Counted from the first letter of the stretch, positions 48,705 through 60,150 are shown. The stretch: 64,000 bases of DNA from Candidatus Omnitrophota bacterium (GCA_035352955.1 DAOPYQ010000001.1:165536-229535), one strand, 5' to 3'. Program-made: numbers and translations. The notes: generated from the letters alone by a model not told the origin.

Positions 48705-49643
48705 ATGGCCAAACGCCGGTTGTATCGTTATCCGCTTTATCTGCTGGCGCGGTTGGCGACGCTTCCCTTCTATGTTTTGCCGAGGAGTTGGTCGCTTGCG
48801 TTGGCCAGAATGATCGGGTTTCTTGGATATCGGTTTGTGACGGTTCAGCGGAACAAAATTCTTGAGAATCTAAGGTTCGCGTACGGAGAATCGAAAAGCC
48901 AGGACGAGCTTTCGGCGATCGGCCAGAATGTAATGGGGCATATGCTTCAGACTGCGGTGGATTTCTTTTTGTTCGCCGGTCTCTCCCGGAATAAAGCGGC
49001 GTCATTTGTTGAGACAGGGGACGCCTATTCTGTCTGCAAAGATATTTTGCAGGAAGGAAAGGGACTGATTATAATGACTGCCCACATGGGGAACTGGGAG
49101 CTCTTGGCGGGCATTTTTGGACTCCAGGGGTTTCGGGGAGGCGTGGTCGGTCGCCGGATTTATTATGAGCCTTACAATCGGTGGATCGTAGGGTTGCGGC
49201 GGTCCGTTGGGGTTGAGACGATTTATCAGGATGAGGCGGTCCGGAAGATACATGCGCATTTGAAGGCCGGCGAGATCGTTGGACTTTTGCCGGACCAGGA
49301 CATGGACCGGGTCCGCGGCATTTTCGTAAATTTTTTTGGAAAACCGGCTTATACTTCAATTGCTCCGGTAAAGTTTGCGATGGCTTCAAAGACGCCGTTG
49401 TTGCCAGCGTTTATGATCCGTCTCCCGGGAGATCGGTACAAACTGGTTTTGGGCAAGCTCATTTGCCCGGAAATAGGGACGGATCGGAGCGCATCGATTC
49501 GCAAATACACCGAAGCGTGGATGCAGAGTTTTGAAGAAATTATCCGGCAGTATCCGGACCAGTGGGCTTGGATGCATAACCGCTGGAAGACAACCCCGGA
49601 AAAACTGGGGCTGAAACTTGAGGAGGCAGTGGTCCGTTCATGA
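48705..49643 (+). CDS. Lipid A biosynthesis lauroyl/myristoyl acyltransferase (LpxL/HtrB family)
   Basis: IIMTAHMGNWELLAG. The N-terminal extension in the ORF track is read-through from the kdsD overlap. Confidence 0.8.
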   Translation: MAKRRLYRYPLYLLARLATLPFYVLPRSWSLALARMIGFLGYRFVTVQRNKILENLRFAYGESKSQDELSAIGQNVMGHMLQTAVDFFLFAGLSRNKAASFVETGDAYSVCKDILQEGKGLIIMTAHMGNWELLAGIFGLQGFRGGVVGRRIYYEPYNRWIVGLRRSVGVETIYQDEAVRKIHAHLKAGEIVGLLPDQDMDRVRGIFVNFFGKPAYTSIAPVKFAMASKTPLLPAFMIRLPGDRYKLVLGKLICPEIGTDRSASIRKYTEAWMQSFEEIIRQYPDQWAWMHNRWKTTPEKLGLKLEEAVVRS

Positions 49644-50524
49644 TTAGACGTACGCTTATTACCTTTGCGGCGCTGGTTGTTTTTTATGTGCTTTTTGTCC
49701 AGATCCAGGTAGTCATCACCCGTCAGAGCAGGGCCAAACGCGTTGCGGACAAAACCGAAGTGAAACCAGCGCACAAGGTATATGCTTTCTCCTTTACCAA
49801 GTATACGCCGGAAGGCCAGAAAGAGATCGAGATCGAAGGGGATTCCGCGGATATCCTGACCAACACCGTCCAGCTTATGAACGTTATGGCCAAGGCCTAT
49901 GCCGAAGAAGTTCCCGTGACCGTGACGGCGGATAAAGGCGAATACGATAAAAAGCAGAATAAGATCCACATCGAACAAAATGTTGTGGCGACGACCGAGG
50001 ACGGAACGCGGCTTGTGACCGAGCAAATGGACATGCGGCCGACGGAGCACATCATCGAAAATGACGTCCAGACCCAGGTCAAAAAGGATAATATCAATGT
50101 CGAGGGAATGGGAGCGCGGGCGGACACGCAGCTGAAGAAAGTAAAGTTTAAAAAGAATGTGACGGTTATTGTTCAGAATCCCGAGGATCAAAAAACGGGT
50201 CCTACGACGATTACCTGTGACGGACCGCTCGTGATCGATTACGACAAGAACATCGCGCACTTCAAAGACAATGTTGTGGCCCAGGACAGCCGAGGCAAGT
50301 TGATGGCGGATACGATGGACGTTTACTACAACCGCGTGAGCCGCAAGGTTTCCAAGATCGTGGCTGCCGGTAACGTTGTTATCGAGAATCCGGACGGGAA
50401 TAAAACCTACAGTGACAGCGTGATCTATCTTGCGGATGAAGGACGCATCATCCTGGGCGGAGATACGGAAGCGCTTTATTTTGGCGGCGAAGGGTCGAAG
50501 GATCTCGGAAAAGGAGTGCTCTGA
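49640..50524 (+). CDS. LptC/LptA-like (OstA-like fold) LPS transport periplasmic protein
   Basis: N-terminal TM MIRRTLITFAALVVFYVLF. Position immediately upstream of lptB. Beta-rich repetitive sequence. Confidence 0.55.
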   Translation: MIRRTLITFAALVVFYVLFVQIQVVITRQSRAKRVADKTEVKPAHKVYAFSFTKYTPEGQKEIEIEGDSADILTNTVQLMNVMAKAYAEEVPVTVTADKGEYDKKQNKIHIEQNVVATTEDGTRLVTEQMDMRPTEHIIENDVQTQVKKDNINVEGMGARADTQLKKVKFKKNVTVIVQNPEDQKTGPTTITCDGPLVIDYDKNIAHFKDNVVAQDSRGKLMADTMDVYYNRVSRKVSKIVAAGNVVIENPDGNKTYSDSVIYLADEGRIILGGDTEALYFGGEGSKDLGKGVL

Positions 50525-50525
50525 T

Positions 50526-51251
50526 ATGAATTTGCTTGAAACGAAGCAGCTGACAAAAAGTTATAAAGGACGCCGGGTCGTCAACGGGGTCAATATTCAT
50601 ATTTCCCGGGGCGAGATCGTGGGTCTTTTGGGACCGAACGGCGCCGGAAAGACCACCAGTTTTTATATGGTCGTGGGGGTTATCCGCCCCGAATCCGGCC
50701 AGATCTTTTTCCGCGGAGAAGACGTCACGTTCCTTCCGATGTTCCAGCGGGCTCGTCTTGGGATCGGCTATCTTTCCCAGGAGCCTTCCGTTTTCCGAAA
50801 GCTGACAGTCGAGGAAAACATTATGGCGATCCTCGAAACCCTCGAGATCTCCCAGGAAGAGCGGGATCGTCGCTTGAAGCGGTTGTTGAACGATCTCGAC
50901 ATTGCGTATCTGGCTAAGAACAAGGCTTACACGCTTTCGGGCGGTGAACGGCGGCGTCTTGAGATCACGCGTGCGCTTGTCACGAATCCTTCGCTTATTC
51001 TTCTGGACGAGCCTTTTAGCGGGGTGGATCCGATCGCTGTTTTTGAAGTGCAGAAGATCCTCCAGAAACTCAAGGCGCAGGGCCTCAGCATCCTGCTCAC
51101 CGATCACAGCGTTCGCGAAACGCTTTCTATTACCGACCGTTCGTACCTGCTTTACGACGGCAAGGTGGAAGTGTCGGGAACTTCGGAGTTCCTCGCGTCC
51201 GATTCAAAGGCGAGGGAAATGTACCTCGGAGAAAGGTTTACTTTAGCGTAA
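50526..51251 (+). CDS. lptB: LPS export ABC transporter ATP-binding protein
   Basis: GLLGPNGAGKTT, LSGGERRRLEITRAL, ILLDEPF. Confidence 0.9.
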   Translation: MNLLETKQLTKSYKGRRVVNGVNIHISRGEIVGLLGPNGAGKTTSFYMVVGVIRPESGQIFFRGEDVTFLPMFQRARLGIGYLSQEPSVFRKLTVEENIMAILETLEISQEERDRRLKRLLNDLDIAYLAKNKAYTLSGGERRRLEITRALVTNPSLILLDEPFSGVDPIAVFEVQKILQKLKAQGLSILLTDHSVRETLSITDRSYLLYDGKVEVSGTSEFLASDSKAREMYLGERFTLA

Positions 51252-51304
51252 GGCATGACCATTCCGGTCGTTTATTTATCGAGATCATCAAGAAGGGGGT
51301 TGTT

Positions 51305-51856
51305 GTGGATATCCGTTTTACGGGACAAAATCTGAAGATCACCGAAGGTATGAAGGCGCACCTTGAAGAGAGGCTTCCCAAGTTCGAAAAATACGCGCCG
51401 AGGATCATTGAGGCCCATATTTTCCTGAAAAAGGAAAAATATGTCTATGAAGCTGAGATTACGTTGTTGGCCAAGAATTTGCGGGCTTTCGGGAAAGGGA
51501 GCGCGAAGGAAAATGTTTTCGTGGCAATGGACGAGGCCTATGAACGGGTCGAGAAGCAGCTGAAGAAGTTTCGGGCAAAGGCGAAAGATCATCACAAGAA
51601 GACCGGCAAAGATTCTGTCCGGGTGGCGAAAGCTCTCGGATTGGTCGAGACGGAAGCCGTTCTCGCGGGCGACCGTCCCAAGGTCGTTCGTTCTCCCGAT
51701 TTTGCGCCGAAACCGATGTCGGTCGAGGAAGCGAGCCTTCAGCTGGAGATATCACCGGAAACTTTCGTCGTTTTTCTTAATCAGAACACGGATGCCGTCA
51801 ACGTGATCTATAAACGCAAAGATGGCAATCACGGGCTCATCGAGCCGCGATTCTAG
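51305..51856 (+). CDS. hpf: Ribosome hibernation promoting factor (long form)
   Basis: MDIRFTGQNLKITEGMKAHLEERLPKFEKYAPRIIEAHIFL. GTG start with RBS aggggg. Confidence 0.85.
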   Translation: MDIRFTGQNLKITEGMKAHLEERLPKFEKYAPRIIEAHIFLKKEKYVYEAEITLLAKNLRAFGKGSAKENVFVAMDEAYERVEKQLKKFRAKAKDHHKKTGKDSVRVAKALGLVETEAVLAGDRPKVVRSPDFAPKPMSVEEASLQLEISPETFVVFLNQNTDAVNVIYKRKDGNHGLIEPRF

Positions 51857-51890
51857 TTTCGAACCTTATCAATCAGGAGGAGCCTCACCC

Positions 51891-52355
51891 ATGAAGATCA
51901 CCGATTTTCTTAGCCTGAAAGGCATCAAGATAGAAATGGAAGCAGTGGACAAGGAGGGCGCGCTCAAGGAGCTCGTCGATATCCTCGCGGAAGTGAAGGA
52001 CGTCGGCGATAAAAAAAGTATCCTTCGCGCGCTGGTCGAGCGTGAAAATCTCGGTTCTACGGGTATTGGACAGGGGATCGCGATCCCGCACGGGAAGACC
52101 GATAAGGTCGACGGTCTTGTTTCAGTGCTTGGTATCAGCCGCAAGGGCGTAAATTTTGAAGCCCTCGATGGTGAGCCGGTCTATATTTTCTTTCTTCTGG
52201 TTGCCCCGAAAGATACCGCCGGCCCGCATTTGAAGGCCCTCGCGCAAATCTCCCGGCTTCTCCGCGACACCTATTTTTGCGAACTTTTGAGGCGTTGCAA
52301 AACCTCGAAGGATGTTTTCGATCTGATCACGAAGGAAGAAAATCGTAAGGCCTGA
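51891..52355 (+). CDS. ptsN: PTS IIA-Ntr
   Basis: GIAIPHGKTDKVDGL. RBS aggagg. Confidence 0.85.
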   Translation: MKITDFLSLKGIKIEMEAVDKEGALKELVDILAEVKDVGDKKSILRALVERENLGSTGIGQGIAIPHGKTDKVDGLVSVLGISRKGVNFEALDGEPVYIFFLLVAPKDTAGPHLKALAQISRLLRDTYFCELLRRCKTSKDVFDLITKEENRKA

Positions 52356-52380
52356 TCCGGGCTTCGCGAAACAACTTCCC

Positions 52381-53640
52381 ATGCAATTCTATAAGTGGTT
52401 CTACCCGGGGATCGGTATCAAGCGATGGATCATTCTCTGCATTGTGGGGCTGAGCCTGATTGTCGTGGTGGCCCTTCTGACCGTCAAGACCATTTCCAAG
52501 GATAGCGTTCTCCTCGCGTCTTTCGCTACGGCGATCCTGATCTTCGGGATCTTTCTCATTTACACTTCGATCAAGAACATGGTTCGCATTTTTGTGCGTG
52601 CGCTCATGCCGCTTCATTCGGAAGGCCCACTGGTGGATATCGTTTATCACAAACGGCAGATTGAGTCTCTTTTGCGTGGGCCGCGTGTGGTGGCGATCGG
52701 TGGCGGTACGGGGTTGAGCACCATGCTTTCCGGGATCAAGCTTTTTACGAGCAATATTACGGCGATCGTGACGGTGACCGATACGGGGGGGAGCTCCGGC
52801 CGGTTGCGTGATGAAATGGACATTCTGCCGCCGGGGGATATCCGGAACTGTCTTGTGGCACTGGCGGATGCCGGGCCGTTGATCCGGGATCTTTTCCAAT
52901 ATCGTTTTGAATTGGGAGAAGGGTTAAAAGGACATAGCTTCGGCAATCTTTTTATTACCGCGCTTTCAATGGTCACCGGCGATTTTGAAAAAGCGATCGC
53001 CGAGTCCAGCAAGGTGCTTGCAATCCGCGGCCGTGTGTTGCCCTCTACGCTCGAAAAGGTAACGCTGGTCGGTGAATTTATGGACGGGACCTCGCGCGAA
53101 GGGGAAACCAATATCACGGACGCTGCGAAGCCGCTGCGGAATATCCGCCTCCGCCCCGAGGAGTGTCGGGCCTGCCAGGAAGCGATTGATGCGATCGCGA
53201 TCGCGGATCTGATCATTATGGGGCCGGGAAGTCTTTACACCAGCATTCTTCCCAACCTTTTGATCAAGGATATCCGGGACGCCGTTCTCCACTCGGACGC
53301 TTTCAAGGTCTATATTTGTAACGCCATGACGCAACCCGGCGAAACGACCGGGATGAGCGCTTGGGACCATTTGAACGTACTTCTCGATCACACGGACCCG
53401 AGGATCGTCGATGCCTGTTTCGTGAATACGTCCCAAATTCCCGAGGAGGTTCTTAGCCGCTACCAGGAGACGGGATCAGTTCCGGTGAAGCTGGATCTCG
53501 ACAAGATCCGGGACAAGGGCTACCAGGTCATGAAGGGCGATGTGCTTAAAGTGGACGGGCAGATTCGTCACGATGCCGAACGGATCGTTAAATCGATCCT
53601 CGACCATTACGCAAAAAATTCAAAGAAGATCAAGGGCTGA
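52381..53640 (+). CDS. YvcK/CofD-like gluconeogenesis factor with N-terminal two-helix membrane extension
   Basis: VVAIGGGTGLSTMLSGIK. The N-terminal extension of about 95 aa contains WIILCIVGLSLIVVVALLTV and LLASFATAILIFGIFLIYTSI. Confidence 0.8.
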   Translation: MQFYKWFYPGIGIKRWIILCIVGLSLIVVVALLTVKTISKDSVLLASFATAILIFGIFLIYTSIKNMVRIFVRALMPLHSEGPLVDIVYHKRQIESLLRGPRVVAIGGGTGLSTMLSGIKLFTSNITAIVTVTDTGGSSGRLRDEMDILPPGDIRNCLVALADAGPLIRDLFQYRFELGEGLKGHSFGNLFITALSMVTGDFEKAIAESSKVLAIRGRVLPSTLEKVTLVGEFMDGTSREGETNITDAAKPLRNIRLRPEECRACQEAIDAIAIADLIIMGPGSLYTSILPNLLIKDIRDAVLHSDAFKVYICNAMTQPGETTGMSAWDHLNVLLDHTDPRIVDACFVNTSQIPEEVLSRYQETGSVPVKLDLDKIRDKGYQVMKGDVLKVDGQIRHDAERIVKSILDHYAKNSKKIKG

Positions 53641-53645
53641 AGATC

Positions 53646-53942
53646 ATGTCCCCTAAACGGCAAAAAGCGGGAACTCATAAAGTGGAACGGAATTTTGTGA
53701 TCTCGAACAAGCTGGGGTTGCATGCCCGGCCTGCGGCCCTTTTTGTCCAGACCGCGAACCGTTTTGACGCGTTGGTGGAGATTTCCAAAGAAGAACTTCA
53801 GGTGGACGGCAAATCGATCATGGGGATCATGACCCTGGCGGCCGAGATGGGGTCGTCGATCGTGATCCGGACCAGCGGCAAAGATGCCGAAGCGGCTATG
53901 GAAGCTTTGGCGAAACTCATCGAATCCAATTTTGGAGAATAG
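53646..53942 (+). CDS. ptsH: Phosphocarrier protein HPr
   Basis: NKLGLHARPAALFVQTA. Confidence 0.9.
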   Translation: MSPKRQKAGTHKVERNFVISNKLGLHARPAALFVQTANRFDALVEISKEELQVDGKSIMGIMTLAAEMGSSIVIRTSGKDAEAAMEALAKLIESNFGE

Positions 53943-53945
53943 GTC

Positions 53946-55694
53946 ATGAAACAGCTCAGAGGCATCGGCGTTTCTCCCGGGATCGCGAGCGGGAAAGTAT
54001 TCGTTCTTCACAGCGGGGAATCTTTCAACCTGCCCAAGCGCTCGGTTGAGCCGGAGCAGCTTTCTAATGAGATTGCCCGTTTTGAGGAAGCTCTCACGCG
54101 GACCCGCACCGAGATTCTCGGCATCCGCCGGAAACTTTCCGACCAGATCGGGAGGGAAAGTTCCGATATTTTTACGGCGCATCTGCTGATTCTTGAAGAC
54201 CGAACTCTGATCGAAGATGTGATCGAGGTCATCAAGAACGAAAAGGTCGGTGCGGAGTATGCGTTTACAACGGTGATTCAGCGGTATTTTCAGGCTTTTT
54301 CGCAGATCAACGATGAGTATCTCAAGGAGCGTATCTCGGATGTCCGCGATGTCGGCCGGCGGCTTCTCGGCAATCTTTGCGGCGAGGAAAAGAGACGCCT
54401 GGAGAAGTTCACGGGAAAGGTGATCATTGTTTCCCACGATCTGTCTCCTTCGGATACCGCGTCTCTGGATAAGACCAAGGTGCTTGCCTTTGTAACCGAG
54501 ATCGGCGGGCCGACTTCCCACACGGCCATTTTGGGGCGTTCGCTCGAGATCCCGGCGATTGTCGGGATCGAGAAGATCATTAATGAGGTCCAGAACGGCG
54601 ATTCGATCATCGTGGACGGGACGCACGGCATCGTTCACGTCGACCCCGATCCGACGACTATCGAGGCGTTCCATTCGGAAGAGCACCGTTTTATCCAGCA
54701 AACGGGGGAGCTTGATAAATTGCGCGCGCTGCCCGCGGAGACGCCTGACGGAAGGCGTATTACTCTCGCGGCAAATATCGAGTTCCATCATGAAGTTCCG
54801 TCAGTGATCTCTCACGGAGGGGGAGGCGTCGGCCTCTACCGTACGGAATATTTTTATATGAACCGTCCCACGTTGCCGAGCGAGCAGGAGCAATATGAGG
54901 CCTATCGGAAGGTGGCGGAGTCGATGCGCCCGCATTCAGTGATCATCCGGACACTGGATCTCGGGGGCGATAAGTTCGCTTCTACGCTTGAAATCCCCCA
55001 TGAGATGAACCCGTATCTAGGTTGGCGTGCGATCCGTTTTTGTCTGACGCGTACAGACATTTTCAAGACGCAACTGAGGGCCATTCTCCGGGCTAGCGCG
55101 CACGGAGATCTCAAGATCATGTACCCGCTCATTTCCAGTGTTTATGAGATCCGTGCGGCACGGGAAATCCTGAACCAAGCGAAAGCGGAGTTGGAGAAAG
55201 AAGGCCTCGCGTTCACCCGGGATATCAAGGTCGGGGCCATGATCGAGATCCCTTCGGCGGCGCTGGCGAGCGATATTTTGGCACGGGAAGTGGACTTCTT
55301 TTCGATCGGGACCAATGACCTGATCCAATATGTTCTGGCGATCGATCGGATGAACGAAAAGATCGCTTACCTCTATGAGCCGACTCATCCGGCGATCGTC
55401 CGGTTGATCGATCTCGTTGTTCAGAACGGGCACAAACATAATATCTGGGTTGGAAGCTGCGGCGAGATCTCCGCAGACCCCGCGGGGGTTCTTTTGCTTT
55501 TGGGACTCGGGATCGACGAGATCAGTGCGAGTCCGGTTGTGCTTCCCAAGATCAAGCAGGTGATCCGATCCATCCGTTATTCCGAGGCGCAGGAGATTGC
55601 CCGGAAGGCCCTGACTTTTCAGACCGGCAAGGAGATCCACGATTTTCTGACGGCGAAGCTGAAGATTTTTTGCAAGGAACTGCTTGATGAGTGA
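53946..55694 (+). CDS. ptsI: PTS enzyme I (PEP-protein phosphotransferase)
   Basis: GGPTSHTAILGRSLEIPAIVG and a PEP-utilising TIM barrel. Confidence 0.95.
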   Translation: MKQLRGIGVSPGIASGKVFVLHSGESFNLPKRSVEPEQLSNEIARFEEALTRTRTEILGIRRKLSDQIGRESSDIFTAHLLILEDRTLIEDVIEVIKNEKVGAEYAFTTVIQRYFQAFSQINDEYLKERISDVRDVGRRLLGNLCGEEKRRLEKFTGKVIIVSHDLSPSDTASLDKTKVLAFVTEIGGPTSHTAILGRSLEIPAIVGIEKIINEVQNGDSIIVDGTHGIVHVDPDPTTIEAFHSEEHRFIQQTGELDKLRALPAETPDGRRITLAANIEFHHEVPSVISHGGGGVGLYRTEYFYMNRPTLPSEQEQYEAYRKVAESMRPHSVIIRTLDLGGDKFASTLEIPHEMNPYLGWRAIRFCLTRTDIFKTQLRAILRASAHGDLKIMYPLISSVYEIRAAREILNQAKAELEKEGLAFTRDIKVGAMIEIPSAALASDILAREVDFFSIGTNDLIQYVLAIDRMNEKIAYLYEPTHPAIVRLIDLVVQNGHKHNIWVGSCGEISADPAGVLLLLGLGIDEISASPVVLPKIKQVIRSIRYSEAQEIARKALTFQTGKEIHDFLTAKLKIFCKELLDE

Positions 55695-56670
55695 GATGGA
55701 AAAATATTTAAAAGATCTCAGCGGCCAGATCACCCTGGCCCGCGAAATCGCCGACGGGACGATGTTGCCGTCCTCGTTTAGCCGTCCGGAGAAGGTCCTT
55801 TTTTGCGGGATGGGGGGGTCGGCCATTAGCGGGGACATTCTCGGGACGATCGCGCAAAGCCGCTCGCGCATTCATTGGACCGTGAACCGGACTGCGAGGC
55901 TTCCGGAATGGGTCGATTCCAGGACGCTTGTGATCCTTTCCAGTTATTCCGGCAACACCCAGGAGGTCGAGTCAGTTTTTCGGCAGGCTGTTGCCCGTAA
56001 GGCGTCCTTTTTCATTGTGACTGCCGGGGGTCGTCTTGCAGAGGCGGCTCTCAGAAAAAAAATCCCGTTTTTCAGGTTGCCGCAGGGCTATCCGCCGCGT
56101 TGTGCGATCGGGTATGGAACGTTTGCATTGTTGTTCCTCTTTATACGGTACAAGTGGTTTTCGGTCTCCTCGAAGGAGATCGATGAAGTGATTCGCATGA
56201 CACGGAAATTCCCGGTTCCGGTCGCCAAGCTTCTTGCGAAGAAGCTGTTTCAGAAGAGCGTTCACATTTACGGGGGAGGGTTGATGCAGCCCGTGGCGAT
56301 GCGCTGGCGGACTCAGTTTGCCGAGAACGCGAAAACGCTTGCGTCCTGGGAGGCGATTCCTGAGATGTTCCATCATGAGGTGGAGGGATGGCTGTTCCCG
56401 AGTTTTCAGGTCCGCCGTTCCGTCGCGTTGTTCCTTACGGATAAGAATGAGCCGGACTGGATCCGCAAGAAAAAGAGGGTTGCCATGGACGCTATCCGGG
56501 AACAGGGGGCCGAGGTCGTTGAAGTCCTGGCCAAGGGCACCGGCGGTCTCGCGAGGATTTTTTCCACGATCCTTCTTGGGGATTGGACGAGCTATGAACT
56601 CGCGAAACTGAACCGGGTGGATCCTCTTTCGATCTGTGTGATCGACAGGATCAAGAAGGCTGTGAGGTAA
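55687..56670 (+). CDS. Bifunctional phosphoglucose/phosphomannose isomerase (SIS domain)
   Basis: Tandem SIS with GMGGSAISGDILG. Confidence 0.65.
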   Translation: MSEMEKYLKDLSGQITLAREIADGTMLPSSFSRPEKVLFCGMGGSAISGDILGTIAQSRSRIHWTVNRTARLPEWVDSRTLVILSSYSGNTQEVESVFRQAVARKASFFIVTAGGRLAEAALRKKIPFFRLPQGYPPRCAIGYGTFALLFLFIRYKWFSVSSKEIDEVIRMTRKFPVPVAKLLAKKLFQKSVHIYGGGLMQPVAMRWRTQFAENAKTLASWEAIPEMFHHEVEGWLFPSFQVRRSVALFLTDKNEPDWIRKKKRVAMDAIREQGAEVVEVLAKGTGGLARIFSTILLGDWTSYELAKLNRVDPLSICVIDRIKKAVR

Positions 56671-56675
56671 CGGAT

Positions 56676-57431
56676 ATGAAAGTCATTGTTCTTTGCGCGG
56701 GGTACGCGACGCGCCTTCATCCTTTGACGGAAAACCAGCCGAAGCCGCTTCTCCCCGTCGGGAAGAAACCCATTCTCGAATGGATCCTTGAAAGGGTCGA
56801 AAAGGTTAAGGGGGTCGACGGCGTTTATCTTGTCAGTAACCAGAAATTTGCCGGGCATTTTGAAGTTTGGGCGAAAACGGCGAAAACTCCCTGGCCTGTC
56901 GAGGTCGTCAACGATTGCACGACGAGCAATGAGACGCGCCTTGGAGCGATCGGGGATCTGGCCTATGTGATCCGGACCCGGAGGCTGGAGCCCTCTGATC
57001 TCATGGTCATTGCGGGAGACAATTTCTTCGATTTTGATCTTGTCGCGTTCACGGACTTTGGAAAGCAGAAGAGGCCGAATGGGATCATCGCGGTGTATGA
57101 CGTGGGGGATAAGGAACTTGCGAAACGTTACGGGCTCGTCCGGACGGCGCCTGACGGCAAAATCCTGGAATTTCAGGAAAAGCCGCCCGAGCCACTGACC
57201 ACCCTCGCGTCGAGCGGAATTTATTGGCTTCCCAAGGAAATCTGGGGTCTCCTTGACAGGTATATTTCGAGCGGGCATAATACCGACCAACCCGGCCATT
57301 ATATGCGGTGGTTAGCCGAGACTTCAGGGCTGTACGCCTTCCCTTTGACGGGGAAGTGGTTGGATATCGGCGACCTCGCTTCTTACCAGAAAGCGAACGA
57401 TCTTGTCAATTCAAACAAAATAAAGGAGTAA
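56676..57431 (+). CDS. Sugar-1-phosphate nucleotidyltransferase
   Basis: [37 protein letters not shown]. Confidence 0.8.
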   Translation: MKVIVLCAGYATRLHPLTENQPKPLLPVGKKPILEWILERVEKVKGVDGVYLVSNQKFAGHFEVWAKTAKTPWPVEVVNDCTTSNETRLGAIGDLAYVIRTRRLEPSDLMVIAGDNFFDFDLVAFTDFGKQKRPNGIIAVYDVGDKELAKRYGLVRTAPDGKILEFQEKPPEPLTTLASSGIYWLPKEIWGLLDRYISSGHNTDQPGHYMRWLAETSGLYAFPLTGKWLDIGDLASYQKANDLVNSNKIKE

Positions 57432-57438
57432 CACGAAC

Positions 57439-58626
57439 ATGAAAAAAGGGCACTATTTTTTTACTTCGGAATCTGTTTCTGAAGGACATCCGGACAAGCT
57501 TTGCGATCAGGTTTCTGATGCGATCCTGGACGCCTATCTGGCCGGTGACCCGGCGTCGCGTGTGGCTTGCGAGTGTCTTGCCACGACCGATCGCTTGACC
57601 ATTGCCGGTGAAATTACGAGCAAAACCAAGGTTGATGCCGAGAAGATCGCGCGTCATACGATCAAGAAGATCGGTTATGTGGATCCGAAGATCGGCTTTG
57701 ACTACAAAACCTGCAAGATCGACATCGCTCTCCATACCCAGTCGCCGGACATCGCGATGGGCGTGGATACGGGCGGCGCCGGTGACCAGGGCATGATGTT
57801 CGGATACGCGACCGATGAGACGAAAGAGCTTATGCCGCTTCCGATCATGCTCGCGCACAAACTGGTCCGTTATTTGACCGCGGCCCGTAAGTCCGGCAAG
57901 ATCAAATATCTGCGGCCGGATTCCAAAAGTCAGGTCACGGTCGAGTATGACAATGAAAAACCGGTGCGTGTGGATGCTGTGGTCCTCAGCTCCCAGCATG
58001 ACGGGGATGTCCAACTTTCGACCATCCAGAAAGATCTTACGGAAAAAGTGATCAAAAAGGTCATTCCGGCGAATCTGATGGACAAGAACACAAAGATTTT
58101 TATCAACCCTACGGGACGTTTCGAAGTAGGGGGGCCGCATGGGGATACCGGTCTGACCGGCCGCAAGATCATCGTTGATACCTACGGGGGCATGGGCCGT
58201 CACGGCGGCGGCGCGTTTAGCGGTAAGGATCCCTCCAAGGTGGACCGTTCGGCGGCTTATTTCGCGCGCTATGTGGCGAAAAATATCGTGGCGGCGGGTC
58301 TTGCCGGCAGCTGCGAGATCCAGGTTTCTTATGCGATCGGCGTGGCACAGCCTGTTTCTATCCGCGTGGATACGTTCGGGACAAACAAGGTCAGCGAAGA
58401 GGCGATCTCAGAAGCCGTAGCGAAGGTATTCGATTTCACCCCGCGCGGGATCATCCGCACATTGGACCTCCGCCGTCCGATTTACAATATGACCGCCGCT
58501 TACGGTCACTTCGGCCGCAGCGAAGCCGGTTTTTCCTGGGAAAAGACGGACAAGGTCGAAGCGCTTCGCAAGGCGCTGAAGCTCAAGGGGGGCTGTGCCT
58601 GTTCCAAGGTAGGGGCGGCATGCTAA
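57439..58626 (+). CDS. metK: S-adenosylmethionine synthetase
   Basis: [47 protein letters not shown] aaggag. Confidence 0.95.
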   Translation: MKKGHYFFTSESVSEGHPDKLCDQVSDAILDAYLAGDPASRVACECLATTDRLTIAGEITSKTKVDAEKIARHTIKKIGYVDPKIGFDYKTCKIDIALHTQSPDIAMGVDTGGAGDQGMMFGYATDETKELMPLPIMLAHKLVRYLTAARKSGKIKYLRPDSKSQVTVEYDNEKPVRVDAVVLSSQHDGDVQLSTIQKDLTEKVIKKVIPANLMDKNTKIFINPTGRFEVGGPHGDTGLTGRKIIVDTYGGMGRHGGGAFSGKDPSKVDRSAAYFARYVAKNIVAAGLAGSCEIQVSYAIGVAQPVSIRVDTFGTNKVSEEAISEAVAKVFDFTPRGIIRTLDLRRPIYNMTAAYGHFGRSEAGFSWEKTDKVEALRKALKLKGGCACSKVGAAC

Positions 58627-58649
58627 CGATTGAAAAAAAGGCGAAAACC

Positions 58650-60071
58650 ATGAAAAAAACAGCGTCAAAATCCGGACAAGATTTCAAGGTTGCTGATCTT
58701 TCGTTGGCTGATTGGGGCCGTAAAGAGATCGAAATGGCCGAGAAGGAAATGCCCGGGTTGATGGCGACCCGCAAGAAGTACGGGCCGCAAAAGCCGCTCA
58801 AGGGTAAGCGGATCATGGGCAGTCTTCACATGACGATCCAGACTGCCGTTCTGATCGAGACGTTGGTCGAACTCGGAGCCGATGTCCGCTGGTGTTCCTG
58901 CAATATTTTCTCGACGCAGGATCATGCTGCTGCGGCCATTGCGGCGCGGGGTATTCCCGTTTTTGCGTGGAAGGGGGAGAACCTTGAGGAATACTGGTGG
59001 TGCACGCTCAGGGCACTCACGTTCCCAGGCGGTAAAGGGCCGAACCTCATCGTCGATGATGGCGGAGACGCGACGCTCATGATCCATTTGGGTTATGACG
59101 CCGAGAAGAACCCCAAACTTCTCGATAAGAAAGTCGAGACGCAGGACGAGATCGAGCTTTTTAAACTCTTAAAGAGCGTTCTCAAGGCCGAGCCGAAGAA
59201 ATGGCACGGGGTCGTGAAGGAATGGGAAGGTGTTTCGGAAGAGACCACGACTGGGGTCCATCGTCTCTATAAAATGCAGGAAGAAGGAAAGCTGTTGGTC
59301 CCCGCCATCAACGTGAACGATTCGGTCACGAAATCAAAATTTGATAACCTCTACGGTTGTCGTGAATCCCTTGTGGACGGTATCAAACGCGCGACGGACG
59401 TGATGATCGCGGGCAAGGTCGCCGTGATCCTCGGCTACGGGGACGTCGGCAAAGGAAGCGCTCAGTCCATGGCTGAATTAAAGGCGCGGGTCATTGTGAC
59501 GGAGATCGATCCGATCTGCGCACTTCAGGCAACGATGGCCGGATTTCAGGTCGCGAGGATTGAGGATGTTCTCGATATCGCCGACATTTTTGTGACGACG
59601 ACGGGGAACATCGATGTGATCACCGCCGAGCATATGTCCAAGATGAAAGACGAGGCGATCGTTTGCAATATCGGGCATTTTGACAATGAGATCCAGGTCG
59701 CCAAGCTTGAGAAGTGGCCCGGGATCAAGAAGATCAATATCAAGCCGCAGGTCGACAAGTATGTTTTCCCGGACGGGCATTCGATCATCCTGCTCGCAGA
59801 AGGCCGTCTTGTGAATTTGGGTTGCGCTACGGGGCATCCGAGCTTTGTGATGTCGAATTCTTTCACGAACCAGACGCTCGCACAGATCGACCTGGTCCTG
59901 AATCCGAAGAAGCCCGGCGTTTATCGTCTCGAGAAGAAACTCGACGAGGAAGTCGCGCGGCTCCATCTGGAAAAGCTCGGCGCCAAGCTTACCCGGCTGA
60001 CGAAGAAACAGTCGGAGTATCTCGATGTTCCGTTCGATGGCCCTTATAAGCCCGAGCACTACAAGTACTAA
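58650..60071 (+). CDS. ahcY: Adenosylhomocysteinase
   Basis: [20 protein letters not shown] site and the conserved [11 protein letters not shown]. Confidence 0.95.
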   Translation: MKKTASKSGQDFKVADLSLADWGRKEIEMAEKEMPGLMATRKKYGPQKPLKGKRIMGSLHMTIQTAVLIETLVELGADVRWCSCNIFSTQDHAAAAIAARGIPVFAWKGENLEEYWWCTLRALTFPGGKGPNLIVDDGGDATLMIHLGYDAEKNPKLLDKKVETQDEIELFKLLKSVLKAEPKKWHGVVKEWEGVSEETTTGVHRLYKMQEEGKLLVPAINVNDSVTKSKFDNLYGCRESLVDGIKRATDVMIAGKVAVILGYGDVGKGSAQSMAELKARVIVTEIDPICALQATMAGFQVARIEDVLDIADIFVTTTGNIDVITAEHMSKMKDEAIVCNIGHFDNEIQVAKLEKWPGIKKINIKPQVDKYVFPDGHSIILLAEGRLVNLGCATGHPSFVMSNSFTNQTLAQIDLVLNPKKPGVYRLEKKLDEEVARLHLEKLGAKLTRLTKKQSEYLDVPFDGPYKPEHYKY

Positions 60072-60092
60072 CGAACACTGATCTAACCGCAA

Positions 60093-60147
60093 GGACAGCC
60101 CCCGTATTTTCTTGTGAAAGCAAGAGGCGGGGGCTGTCCCTTTTTCT
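60093..60147 (+). terminator. Rho-independent terminator
   Basis: gacagcccccg..loop..cgggggctgtc followed by ctttttct. Confidence 0.8.
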
Positions 60148-60150
60148 CCG

